Assembly (NCBI GenBank): GCA_951406725.2
Contig: OX597833.1
Span: 64,976,001-65,040,000 of the forward strand
Source: Octopus vulgaris
Lineage: Eukaryota
DNA: 64,000 nt
Direction of reading: 5' to 3'
Under the pieces are notes generated by a model. The model worked only from the letters and a program-made list of their open reading frames with translations. It was not told where the DNA came from and ran no database searches. A program made the position numbers and the translations under genes. Each line of letters begins with the position of its first letter. Position 1 is the stretch's first letter. Positions 1 through 12,905 of this stretch are shown here, one piece after another.

Positions 1-54
1 TAATCCAGTGTCTCCTCCCCGAAAATTCCGCCCTTTGTACCTGCAGTGGAAAAA

Positions 55-590
55 CATTGTTAGCACGTTGGACAAAACACTCAGTAACATTTCTTCCGAC
101 TCATTACGTCCTCAGTTCAAATTCCACAGAGGTCAACTTTGCATTCCCTCCTTTCGAGGTCGATAAAATTCGTACCGGCCAAATACTGGTGTTGGCGCAA
201 TTGGTTTGGTTCCTCTCCAAATATGTGTTCGCATTCTTGGTACAAGGCCAGTAAATTCTGAGGAGGAGGTCAGTCGGTTAGAACCCCCACCCCGCCTGAC
301 CAGTGCCCAACATGTACTTATTTACATGACCATGAGAGAATGAAAGGCAAAGTCGACTTTGGTGGTATTTGAAATCAGAACGTAAAATCGGAGGAAATAA
401 GGCTAAGCAATCATTTTTCCGTCACGGTCAATGTTTATGACATCTCACCGCCCTCCTTGTACCAAATACTGATTTCAAATTTTAGCTCAAGGCCAGCAAA
501 ACTGTGGTGGGAGTAAGTCGATTTCATCGACTTTAGTGTTCAACAGGTACTTATTTCATCAACGGATGAAAGGCAAAGTGAACATTGGTA
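55..590. mobile_element. Cluster of degenerate family-B tRNA-derived SINE fragments (one +, two -)
   Basis: Diverged copies of the family-B core (GTTCAAATTCC..GAGGTC.ACTTTGC.TT...TCCTTTCG.GGTCGATAAA) seen intact at 17574-17803, 51033-51266 and 55372-55604. Confidence 0.75.
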
Positions 591-597
591 GAATCCT

Positions 598-1079
<482 letters not shown>

Positions 1080-1837
1080 TCACGTAATTGTTGCAACCGG
1101 AACAGGAAACTGGTTCACGACCTCCAAAGGTCAGCAGTGTGCAACCAATGAACTACGACCATCTCCAATATTTCCTATACTTCTACAACAATGTTTCCAA
1201 CAACGTTTTGCTATGATATCAGCTACGAGGCATTCGATATATTAGGTTATCAAATTCTTTCAAAGAAACTTGGTTATCTTTGAAATCGATTTCTATCTCT
1301 TACCATGACGATCAGTTAGGAAAACGTTACTGTTTTTAATTATCTGTTCTTTAAAACTTGAAGGGAAATTACTGCAATCAGAAGATACTGGAGCAATTAA
1401 CTAAATTAAACGTTAGTTAACTTTAACGTCAGCGCTTTAAGAGATGTACGCTCTCTGAACACTGTAATTTACTTGATAGAGGAAATAACAATGTAATTGA
1501 TAATAAATTAGAGTTTTAATTCCACACGGAAATAACTAACAAAGGATCAGGACTTTACATTTCGTTGGTGTTGCAGATGTTGGTTGTTTTATTTTTTTTT
1601 CCTTTTGTTTACCACTGTTATCTCTGTATGTGTCTCTCTGTAGTTCCGAGTTCCGAGTTCCGAATTTTATAGTCTCATAAAAATAGTTTCCTATAATGCG
1701 ATTCGTTTTGCTTTATAAATGAGAATTTTTTTTATGTCATTAACTTCATGTATACAGGTATATAGGACTCTGAAGGCGTGCGGAGGTGTATTGATGTGCA
1801 TATGTGAATATGCGTCACAGTTGTGTATATGTTTATG

Positions 1838-1911
<74 letters not shown>

Positions 1912-1994
1912 TATACATATGTACATGCATATATATATATATATATTATAGATCATATATACATATGTATATATATTCATGTATATATGTATTA

Positions 1995-2690
1995 CGGAAA
2001 GGTAATACGATCCCAGAGCCAGAATCGGTCTGTGACCTGGGGGTTCACATTGGCAATGATGCAACATTCCATGTTCATATTACCAAGATGGCAACACTGT
2101 GTAGGTGAGTGGCTGGATAGATTCTAAAGATATTCAAAACCAACAAAATATAGGTCCAGCTACTCCTATGGAGGACTTTCGTACTCAGCCGCTTGGACTG
2201 CTCCCAACTATGGTCCCCAGAGAGTGTGAAACAAAATGAGGAACTAGAAACAATCCAGCTACAATACACAAAGAAGATTGACTCGATGCAAAAGATGGGC
2301 CACTGGGAAAGGCTAAAGGAGCTGAGTTTCTATTCCCTGGAGAGTAAACGAGAGAGATATGCGGTGATAAATATTTGGAAGACCTTCGAGGTTCTAGTTT
2401 CCAGTTTTGGAAATGACAGCGATACCAATCCTCCAAGTGGATGGCACTACATCGTACCAAAGCTCCCAGCATCTCCATCTAAAATAAGGACAGAGTACTG
2501 AAACAGTCTTTGTTTTAAGAGCCCGCAATTGTTCAACATCCTGCCAGGCAACCTTAGAGATCTACATGGTGTTTGATGTGGAAGTTTTCAGGGAACGTTT
2601 GAACTGGTTTCTATCTGAGATACCAAATGAACTCACATCGCGGCAGGAAACACATTGCCAAAAGCTGATTCGAAGGATAAATATCCAAGC
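1995..2690 (+). mobile_element. CR1/Jockey-group LINE 3' fragment, decayed RT C-terminus
   Basis: Translations [60 protein letters not shown]; stops and frameshifts. Confidence 0.85.
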
Positions 2691-3089
2691 GATCACTAGA
2701 CTTGCAAAAATCTGTAAGAATTTCCAGAATTTCATCATTGAAGTATATAAGAGGATGTCTATATATGCAACTATATGCATGAGAAGACATACATAAAACA
2801 AAACATACAAATCTACACATATACATACATAGAAAAGTAGTCTGTTATTTTGAAATTAATATGATGGGTCCTGATTCGCGGTTAGAAATCAGCTCTTTTT
2901 CTATTGCCACGAAATGTTGAAACAAAACTGAATAAATAAATAGATATCGTCAGCTCCAGCTCGCATTTGAGCCCTGGGTTCGTCAGTTTCCATCCGGTCT
3001 TCCCGGCTGTTGTTTGAGCCGAAAGGGAATTTGGAGTCCACGTCGGTGGTGAAAGAGTCGTGGGCAGAACTCGTACGGGGTGGTCGGTG

Positions 3090-3708
3090 CAGTTAGAATA
3101 TGTTGAAGACCCTCCTTTCCCTTCCTGCGTCTCCCCATACAAAACAAAACATCTCGAGGATTGAATCACCCCAGAGGGCACTCACTAATCGAATTGAGGG
3201 CATGGCTGATCTCGATTACTGGCACCGTCTTAAAGTCTTGAAACTCTACTCTCTCCAGCGCCACCGCGAGCGGTACACCATATGTACGATGTGGATGATA
3301 TACCGGCAGCATTGCCCAAACGACATGAGCATTACTTTCAAGGTTCATCCAAGACGGGGACCACGGGCCACACTCCCCTGCGCAATTCAGGATCACAACA
3401 TATACGTACACTGCGGCACAATTTCTTGTCCTCAACAGGCCCTGTCCTGTTTAACATTGTCCCGAAAGAGGTCAAAGAGGAAAAATATCCCATTACCTTT
3501 AAACAGAATCTGGGCAGATGTCTCCAAGGAACACCGGATTTGCCACCGATACCTGGATACAACTCATTCAACAAGAACTCACTACTTGAATGGGCTATAA
3601 ACAAAACTTGACTTAAACAGGATTTAGTTAATCCTATCAGGTGGTGCTATTAAGTTAAACATAGCCTGGACCAATCTTTGGTCGAAACATAACTAAGCTT
3701 TATCTAAG
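3090..3708 (+). mobile_element. CR1/Jockey-group LINE 3' end including 3' UTR
   Basis: IESPQRALTNRIEGMADLDYWHRLKVLKLYSLQRHRERY, GPVLFNIVP; terminal GGTGGTGCTATTAAG..GACCAATCTTTGGTCGAAAC stem-loop and short-repeat tail ending at (TA)n. Confidence 0.88.
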
Positions 3709-3933
3709 ATATATATATATATATATATATATTTATACATGTCTGTATATAAGTATATATGTATGTATGTATATATATATACATATGCAATTATATATGT
3801 ATATATATATATTTATATATGTATATATATGTATATACGTATGTGTGTACATCTGTGTGTGCATACACACACGCACTCGCATAATGCACACACTTATATA
3901 CACAAACCTCCGTCTATCAGCATATATGTAAAT

Positions 3934-4025
<92 letters not shown>

Positions 4026-4628
4026 TCGTATGAACCTATATTAATACAATATAATTATATCAGTAAATCGACCAGAACTTTTCAATCGTTATAACAAGAA
4101 CAATGGATGTCACCGTATATTAAAAGGCACAGGCCGTATCTGATCTGTTATGGGCGATTAACGAAAATTATACTCTATTAAAACATATATTCCCTCTACA
4201 ATACTGTTGAGGTTTTGTGTGAATATTCACACTCTGGTAAATTTTAAAGAGCGTGGGATAATCTACACTGCAGTGTACACACACGCACACATATATATTT
4301 ATACGTATATGTATATATACATATGTGTATATTTAAATATATATATATATATATATATATATGAATTTATATATATGAATTTATATATAATATATTTTTA
4401 TAAATATATATAAATATATATACATATGTATATATACGTACATATAATTATCATCATTATTATGATATACATATATGCATAAAAATATATAGGTACTTGC
4501 ATATACCTAAGCATATACTTGCGTGTATATATGATAGATGTATACAGGGATAGATAAAGTGAATTGTGAATTAGAAACGTGCATCTATATATGTATACAA
4601 ATACAGACATATATATATATATATATAC

Positions 4629-4699
<71 letters not shown>

Positions 4700-4888
4700 T
4701 GATTACATTTATATACATATATATACGTATATATATAAGCCTTTAGATACACACACATCCACTTACAGATAGTGGATATACATATACATATATATATACA
4801 TAGATAGATATATATATAGATATATATATATATATGATAGATAGATAGATAGATAGACGTACTGTATAGTAGATAAGATAGATAGATT

Positions 4889-4920
<32 letters not shown>

Positions 4921-4945
4921 ATAGATAGATAGATATATATATAAT

Positions 4946-5038
<93 letters not shown>

Positions 5039-5440
5039 CACGTACTCTATATACATCTACTCAAGCTTTAAATGAAATTTTTTTTATGACAATCCCTTTT
5101 GTACAGCTTCAGGTTATTGATGTTAGGTTTTAAAGTTTAATATCTTCACAGTAGGAAATTATTTAAATTCAGACACCGAGTATAAAAATATTACTTCATT
5201 AGGAAATAAGATGTTTAATATTTACTATAGTGCACATGTGTAACAATGTTTACGTATATTTGTATGCTTGCGAGGAAGCCTATATGTAAGAAATGTGTAA
5301 GGTTTATGTACCTATGTACGCAAAGTATATATCTAAAATATATATATTATGCGTCTGTTTAAACATATGTATGTAACTATATACTCATAACATCCTATAA
5401 ACATATATTTATATGTGTGTATATATATTTCATTTAAGCA

Positions 5441-5485
<45 letters not shown>

Positions 5486-5522
5486 TATATATATATATTC
5501 ATGTATCTATCCGTATATATTA

Positions 5523-5557
<35 letters not shown>

Positions 5558-5589
5558 GTGTGTGTGTGTGTGTGTGTATATATATATTA

Positions 5590-5638
<49 letters not shown>

Positions 5639-5661
5639 TGTGTGTGTGTATATATATATTA

Positions 5662-5730
<69 letters not shown>

Positions 5731-5860
5731 TCCTTATATACAGACTCACGCACACAGATATATATATACACACACACACATATATATATATATATAGATA
5801 TATATATATACATTCACATGATTGTGTGTGTGGATGTGTGTGTGTATGTGTGGGTCTAGG
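3709..5860. repeat. Microsatellite-dense block: (TA)n, (TG)n, (GATA)n
   Basis: Direct inspection; (GATA)n at about 4800-5040; higher-order repetition at 5520-5700. Confidence 0.95.
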
Positions 5861-6151
5861 AGTGCGTTTGTGAACTTACCTCTGATTTAAATTATCGATC
5901 GATTTTATAAGAAAATCTACATTAAATTGTAAATGAAAATATACCAGAAATAAATATACAGTTATGGGGCAATTATGATCTATATTTCCGATAATAAATG
6001 TCGAGTTGAAAGAATTCTCTCTGATGACTCCAATACTTTCATATACCCATCACCATAAATGAAAATAATGGGTTCTCCATCGGTATCTACGATCACTGCA
6101 CGTTGATCGACCGACTGTAAGCCTATGCAGCGAATTATTGCATACATGGTC

Positions 6152-6204
6152 GAGCTTCCTGATGATTTCTCTTGAATGAAATAGTTCTAGTCCTGTAGAA
6201 GCTC
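6152..6204 (+). ncRNA. Type-I hammerhead ribozyme motif in a PLE-LTR-like element (about 6065-6290)
   Basis: Stem I GAGCTTC/GAAGCTC (7 bp), core CTGATGA, stem II TTC-TCTT-GAA, GAAA, stem III ATAG..CTGT, GUA triplet; AATAAA downstream; ends in (TA)n. Confidence 0.75.
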
Positions 6205-6300
6205 CTTCTATAAAATAAATTAATTTACTCTGCTATGTATTGAGTACCTTATTTACTGTGGTTAACCCCGACTCAACTCGGGACCTACATATATATATAT

Positions 6301-6377
6301 GGCCACAGGCATATGGCGTAGTGGTTAAACGCGCAGCCTACTAACCCCAAGATTCCGAGTTGGATCCGAAGCAGTGA

Positions 6378-6412
<35 letters not shown>

Positions 6413-6427
6413 TGAATGATAATAATA

Positions 6428-6478
<51 letters not shown>

Positions 6479-6499
6479 TGAATGATAATAATAATAATG

Positions 6500-6531
<32 letters not shown>

Positions 6532-6544
6532 TATGATGATGATA

Positions 6545-6621
<77 letters not shown>

Positions 6622-6755
6622 AACATCGAAAAGTGAGAACCCAGGTTCGAAATTTCTCCAAGACACCTGATGGAGGTTGGAGCCAAGACGAGGACAAATA
6701 TCCGTCAAATGTACATAATGTACATAATTCCTCATCTCTTATATATAGAGCTATA
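6301..6755 (+). mobile_element. tRNA-headed SINE-like element with internal (AAT)n(GAT)n array
   Basis: A-box TGGCGTAGTGG, B-box-like GAGTTGGATCC, trinucleotide array 6381-6621, tail with (AATGTACAT)x2. Confidence 0.65.
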
Positions 6756-7048
6756 TACATACACTCATACATAATTATATTTACATATATTGCAGATGCC
6801 GTGGAGAAAATATTTTCTCTCGTGGTAACGGTGAAAGAAACACCATATCTGCCCAGTATTGTTCCCGCCCAATCGGATGCCCAGACACAGCGTTTCTTCC
6901 TCGTTAGCCGTTATGGATGGGAAATACCGAACAAAGTTAACCCTTGACAGATTTAAACCGGTAGCTTTGAACTGGATCACAGTTAACAACAGAGATTGAG
7001 GTGTGCTTTTGCACCGTCACGTCTGAAGTTATTGCATTAGCAACAGCG

Positions 7049-7403
7049 GTAGAGGCGCAATGGCCCAATGTTTAGGGCAGCGGACTCGCGGTCGGAGGAT
7101 CGCGGTTTCGATTCCCAGATTGAGCGTTGTGTGTGTTTATTGAGCGAAAAAACGCCTAAAGCTCCACGAGGCTCCGGCAGGGGGTGGTGGCGACCCCTGT
7201 TGTACTCTTTCGCTCCAACTTTCTCTCACTCTTTCTTCCTGTTTCTTGTGCCCGACTTCCTACGCAACCGCTGAGCCTGAATGCGCATTCATCCATCCGT
7301 TGATGCTCTCAGTGTCGGGGGTTGACCTGCTTTCTCTTCTGCGGGTCTTACGAATAGCAAAGTATCACGTTTCGGACTTCTTCACTCAACACCGCTCAAC
7401 AGC
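7049..7403 (+). mobile_element. Family-C tRNA-derived SINE
   Basis: Head GGCGCAATGGCCCAATG..GGTTTCGATTCCC; 10-bp TSD AGCAACAGCG at 7039-7048 and 7404-7413; head shared with 14229-14519. Confidence 0.85.
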
Positions 7404-7534
7404 AGCAACAGCGTCTAGCAGTGTTTAGGCACATGTGTCCTTTAGTTTATTTAAATACGTTTGTTACATATTTCAAATTCTAAACGCAAATTCACTACAC
7501 TTAAAGCGAATGAACACATTTTCTCTTATGGTTA

Positions 7535-7846
7535 AAAGTGCAAAAACACCTTATCTGTGCAATGCGTCTTTTGAGTTTCTTGCTTAGATATTGGCTCATC
7601 CGGGATCTCGGAGATCCACAGGTCAAGTTCACGTTTGAAAACGTCTACATCCACCCGATGGAGGCTCCTCAGATGCTTCGGTAAACAGTTAAACAGCTGT
7701 GGGGCCTCGAAACCCAAGCTATTGCAGCACATCGTCCTTGCCCGAGATGAAACAGTCGGCACAAAGGGGAAAACACAGTAACGTCCTGTTCGTTGTCTGG
7801 TATAGCCCTTCATTCCAAAGTTTGGCACCATTCCTTCCAGTATCTT

Positions 7847-7848
<2 letters not shown>
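7535..7848 (-). mobile_element. CR1/Jockey-group LINE 3' fragment
   Basis: VPNFG..RTGRYC..CNSLGFEAPQLFNCLPKHLR..VDVFKRELD..IPDEP. Confidence 0.85.
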
Positions 7849-7915
<67 letters not shown>

Positions 7916-8131
7916 TTATAGATCATTTTGGCCGCCATGGGTTTTGCAGTAAATCAATAAATCATCCATAACTTTTGTATTATCCCCACAAATTACACCA
8001 AAATCTCAGACAATAACACTTAATATCGTATTTATTGTCTATGAAAATTACAGAATACAAAACAACTCTGATAAAAAATTATACCTACTTTTCTGACGAA
8101 AACAATGCCGTTCTGAATATTTTGGCCGCAA

Positions 8132-8135
<4 letters not shown>
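7916..8135. mobile_element. Possible Tc1/mariner non-autonomous end fragment between (TA)n tracts
   Basis: Ends AATATTTTGGCCGC.AATG|TA, similar to Tc1-type TIRs; TTTTGGCCGC occurs twice. Confidence 0.35.
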
Positions 8136-8171
<36 letters not shown>

Positions 8172-8261
8172 CTGCATACCTCTCCCGCCTTCGTTCAAGT
8201 TTTAAATAAAATTACGGCTTTAAATCTGCCCAAACGTATGCACAATGGTACAAGGGTACAA

Positions 8262-8430
8262 GAGTACAAGATCAGAAATTCTGGGGTAGATGGTTATCGA
8301 TTTCATCGACCGAAGTGTTTAACGGATATTAATTTTATCGACGCCGAGGAGATATTTGTTTTCAGAAGGTAAAGTGTTGAAAACAAATTGCGCTAAGCTT
8401 TTAGTTCGACGCGCCCACGATGGTACCAAA
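8262..8430 (-). mobile_element. Degenerate family-B SINE
   Basis: CACAAG..GAAATT..GGG..TCGATT.CATCGAC..TTTTATCGAC pattern. Confidence 0.6.
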
Positions 8431-8749
8431 GGGTTTGAAACCACGGACCTCACGACTGCGAAGTGGGATTATTAATCAAGTAACTATGGCGCCACCAAAC
8501 AAACATAAATGACAGTTGCACAATACACACAGACAACCACACACACACACACACACACGCACACACACACGCACACACACATGCATATAACGAGGCACAT
8601 ATGGCAATATGCATTTTCATAAATGACTGTATACGCATATACGCACTGCCACAGTTAAATATGAAACACACATATGTATATATATATATATATATACATA
8701 CATACATACATGCGCCTTCACACACACTCACACACACACACACTTTTAC

Positions 8750-8813
<64 letters not shown>

Positions 8814-9479
8814 CATATATATATATATATATACATATATTTATGCACGCACATATATATTTATGCACGTACATACATGTGCGTTTGTTTGTGTGTATAT
8901 GCATGTGGTTTTTTCGTTTCTGAAATATTGCTTAAGTAGGTAGTCACTGTTATTATTTTAAACGTGTTTGAAGTGCATTATTTGATAACCTCATATAATT
9001 CTTCTCGTATATATTAATTTACAATGAAATTGTAGTAAATCACTATGCATTCCTAAAAAGAAAAAAAAAACAAATGGTAAATCGTTATTTATTCAGTGAT
9101 ATTCCATCTAGTTCTTTGTGGTAAATGGTTCATTATAGTTAATGAGAATCACAAAATCGTAAAATCAAATACGGTTTGTTTCAACAATATGAAAGCATTT
9201 GATGAAAATTGCGGAAGATGGTTTTTTCCGTTGCAATCTTCGTAATGAAGGCCAATAAAAAAACAACACATGCACAGGCACTCTCAATTTAGCACACACA
9301 TACTTACACACATCCATTTTTATCGATCGATCGATCGATCCAATCATCCACTCATATATAAATTCATACCTACTCGTAAATATGAAAGGGGTTGCGAGGT
9401 ATTTGTAAATATGTATTCGTGATATTGTGCACCTACAGTCTATTTCCGTTATATTTCCTCCAGTTAGATCTTCTATAAT

Positions 9480-9872
9480 TTTTTGAATGGCTCACTGACC
9501 ACGGACCCTGACAGGATAAATGAGGTACTCAGCGAACAATTTAAAAGTGTCTTCACCTTTCCACTGGAGCACACACAGACAAAAACCCTGCTGAAATATT
9601 TAACATTGCAGCCCTACAGTTTAAAATGGCAACCATTGTTTACATCAGAATTGAGGAGACAGATGTAATAGCAGCTATGAATAAATTGAGCTCACAATCA
9701 GCAAATAGTTCCGATTGCTTTCCAGCTATTCTCCTGAATTCGTGTAAGGCTTTAGCGAAACCAAATCAGATACTTTTCCAGAATTTATTGCGAGTGGTAA
9801 ACTTGTTAAAAAGCTAAAGTAAGGCATTATATGCCCTATCCACAACATGGGAGAAGAACAGAGGCCAAAAAC
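9480..9872 (+). mobile_element. LINE (CR1/Jockey-group) RT N-terminal region fragment
   Basis: GSLTTDP..NEVLSEQFKSVFT, EETDVIAAMNKLS..SANSSDCFPAILL..CKALAKP, GIICPIH..RTEAKN. Confidence 0.8.
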
Positions 9873-9879
9873 GTTTCTA

Positions 9880-10990
9880 TAATGTTATTCAATAAAGCCA
9901 TCTTCAGCTTCAACAATTGCTTCAATATGAGATCTAAATCATCCACATGTTCAAATCAAATGGTCCTGGTTCATTTCGGACATTACCCTGACTATGGAAG
10001 CTTTCAAAGAATCTTTTGTGCTATGGATGTCTTCATTGACCTCCCTCTCAACAACGTTCCACATGCAATAGTCCAATAGATTGAGATCTGGGGAATTAGG
10101 AGGTCAAATGTGAAGGCTTATGTGATCATGAACATTTTCAGCCATCCATTCTTGTGTTACTAGAGCCATGTGTTAGAGTGCAGAGTCTTACCGACAAATA
10201 TATGGCCTTCCATTACAAACACCCTCTATTCAGGGCTTAACAATTATTTCTAGGACCTCAATGTAGGCGGCAGACGTAACTCTGAGGCCTTATGGAAAGA
10301 AGTAAGGAGGAATTACATGTCTTTCATTGCTAACAATCCTTAAAACCATGACAGTTGCTGGATATTTTGTATGCATAATACTTGGTACTTGAGAAAGGTC
10401 TGCACATAACCATCTGTAATTTCTTCTGTTAACTTTTTTTTTTATCTCGATCGAAGTTTTTGTCGGTTGAGAAAAAACAAATAAAATCTACTGATTTTTG
10501 TAGTTTGTTTAAGAACCTTTTACATCTGACATAGTAATTATCTTTTGCTTTTTCGGGCAAATTGACCATTCCTCGTCATATAAGTCTTATATCTGCTGTC
10601 TTCGTGGACGACATTTCTGATTGTTCCTTCTTACACATGGAGATCTATTGCAATTGACCTCATGGAAATTCTGGGATTATAAACAGTGATCTGTTGAACT
10701 CTCTGGATATATTCAGGTATTCTGATGATTTCTGAGCTTTTAGAATGTTTGTTATGCTTTCATACTGGTGATACGTTTCTATCTTCAGTCTCTAGGTCCT
10801 TACAAACTTTGTAGATGAAAGATCTGACAACTTTTAAAAATCGAGATATTTCTAAATCGCTATGTTCAGCATTTATGACCACAATAACAGCATGCCTCTT
10901 CATTTCTTGATTAAGCTGAGGGCCTGCCTTATTATTTTCTGAAACAAAGATTATACAGTGTTTGCAAAAACTGCAGCAATTACTCCAAAA
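9880..10990 (-). pseudogene. Decayed IS630-Tc1-mariner transposase, DD37D (maT) type
   Basis: Minus-strand translation EMKRHAVIV..HSDLEISRFLKV; D-SAL*HMALVTQEWMAENVHDHISLHI*PPNSPDLNLL-D (37 residues between the Ds); C-terminus FRSHIEAIVEAEDGFIE*; many stops. Confidence 0.88.
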
Positions 10991-11019
10991 TAAAACGTAT
11001 ATGTGTATATATATATATA

Positions 11020-11280
11020 TGATTTTTATCTTATATTAAACTTCTTAATACTTTTTGATAGTTATATATATTTTTTTAAATATATATATATAAAAAAGTA
11101 TAAAAAATCATAAATATAAATTAATCATTTTAATTTTAAATTTAAATAATTTAAATTTTTGAATTTTATATTTTATATATTTTGTATATTGTATTAATTA
11201 TTTTTATTTTTATGTTTTGGTTTATGTTTTTCACTGTTTCATTTGCCTAATAGTGGTTTTATCTCTAAGTTAATTTATAT
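11020..11280. mobile_element. Decayed AT-rich (TA)n-flanked element, related to the fold-back at 63569-63838
   Basis: TTGCCTAATAGTGGTTTTATCTCTAAGTTAAT matches TTGCATAATAGTGGTTTTTTCTCTAATTAAT at 63721. Confidence 0.5.
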
Positions 11281-11738
11281 ATATATATATATATATATAT
11301 AATTTGAATAAAGATAAAACTCGAAAACCAGATTGTGTTAGAAATTTATTCAACACATTCACACAAATTCGAAAAATACATGCATACATATATAAATATA
11401 CATAATGAAGCAAAGTTAATAAACCTCATTAAGGGATCATAAGTCCAATGAAAATACTGGTTAGTTACCAATCTATAGAAAGTTCAATTATAAGGTAACC
11501 ATATAAAGCATGGTTGATATAATTATATATATTTAAAGAATAAGCAGCAGACACTTGCACAAACAAGCTCTGTGTAAATATCCCTATATAGAATACACCA
11601 CCTACGAAACGAAACTATTGTAGGAATATATTTTAGAGTGAGTTTTTATAATCAATTAAATGCTCTTGGTATTATATTTGTTCCTAGTTGTCAGGTAAAT
11701 AAATGTTCTTTTCCTGATTTTTCTGCGGTTTTAAATTG

Positions 11739-12060
11739 CAATTAAAGCCAATTAATGGAAAATAATGAAATAAATCCCTGAGTTTTGCTATATGGCAATC
11801 AAAGCTGTATCATTTTCTCTTCTTGTTCCTTTTCTCAGACACAAAGGCCAAGAGTTCGGAATTGTTTTCCTTCTTCGCACAGCAGGTTTTAAGTTATCGA
11901 CAATTAAAGCCAATTAATGGAAAATAATGAAATTAAATCCCTTTTGCTATATGGCAATCAAAGCTGTAACATTTTCTCTTCTTTTCCTTTTCTCAGACAC
12001 AAAGGCCAAGAGTTCGGAATTGTAAATTTCCTTCTTCGCACAGCAGGTGAAGTTATCGAC
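11739..12060 (+). repeat. Tandem duplication (2 x about 161 bp), each unit carrying a candidate small exon
   Basis: Units start CAATTAAAGCC at 11739 and 11901; polypyrimidine-CAG|47 or 50 nt|GT in each. Confidence 0.9.
11997..12046 (+). other. Candidate 50-nt internal exon of an unidentified gene
   Basis: Acceptor TTTTCTCTTCTTTTCCTTTTCTCAG, donor CAG|GTGAAG; two open frames (HKGQEFGIVNFLLRTA or TQRPRVRNCKFPSSHS); no homology recognised. Confidence 0.35.
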
Positions 12061-12177
12061 CTACTCTGTTGAACTCTCCTGTAATTTAATTATAGCTGAC
12101 TCCAACCCTAACGTCGTTACAGGGACTTCATATTTCTACTGCAGTATTAACTATTATACAATGGCCATGCATACTAT

Positions 12178-12306
12178 GAAAAGAAGAAGAAGAAGAAGAA
12201 GAAGAAGAAGAAGAAGAAGAAGAAGAAGAAGAAGAAGAAGAAGAAGAAGAAGAATAATAAGAATAATAATAATGATAATAATAATAATAAGAAGAATATA
12301 ATAATG

Positions 12307-12368
<62 letters not shown>

Positions 12369-12490
12369 TGGAACCGCTCGAATAGGCGTATACTCTGGAA
12401 GCTGCTCGAAAAATAAGAGGTGTTACCTTAGTTCACTGACAGTGAACAGCTGACTCTGTGATAATGATAATAATAATAATAATAATAATG

Positions 12491-12570
<80 letters not shown>

Positions 12571-12580
12571 TGTAATAATA
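12178..12580. repeat. (AGA)n and (AAT)n microsatellites
   Basis: Direct inspection. Confidence 0.95.
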
Positions 12581-12581
12581 A

Positions 12582-12905
12582 TCCTTTCTACTGGAAGCAC
12601 AAGGCCTCAAATTTGGAGGAAGGGATTAAGTCGATTACATAGACCGTAGTCCGTAACTGGTACTTATTTAATCGACCCCAGTGGAATTTGAACTCTGAAC
12701 GCTAATCATTTCGCCCGGCGTGCTCACGATTCTGTCAGCTCACCCTCTTGATGATGATGATGATGATGATGTTCCTTTCTACTATAGGCAGAAGGACTAC
12801 AATTTTGGGGCGAGGGGCTGTGTCGATTACAACCGACCCCAGTGTTTCACTGGTCCTTAATTTATCGATCCCGGATGAGATGAATGTCAAGTCGACCTCT
12901 GTGGG
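12582..12905 (-). mobile_element. Two truncated family-B SINE copies
   Basis: CTTTCTACT..GCACAAGGCC..AGTCGATTACAT..CTGGTACTTATTTAATCGACCCC motifs twice. Confidence 0.75.

Noticed and set aside
2940-3090. GC-richer segment upstream of the LINE fragment
   Set aside because: Could be an inverted LINE piece or an exon, but no motif or splice support.
6301-6380. tRNA-like heads (also 7053, 22830-22903, 51190-51266)
   Set aside because: A/B boxes present but no complete cloverleaf; contiguous with SINE bodies.
7360-7395. Minus-strand CCGAAACGTG in the family-C tail
   Set aside because: No CUGANGA core or valid cleavage triplet.
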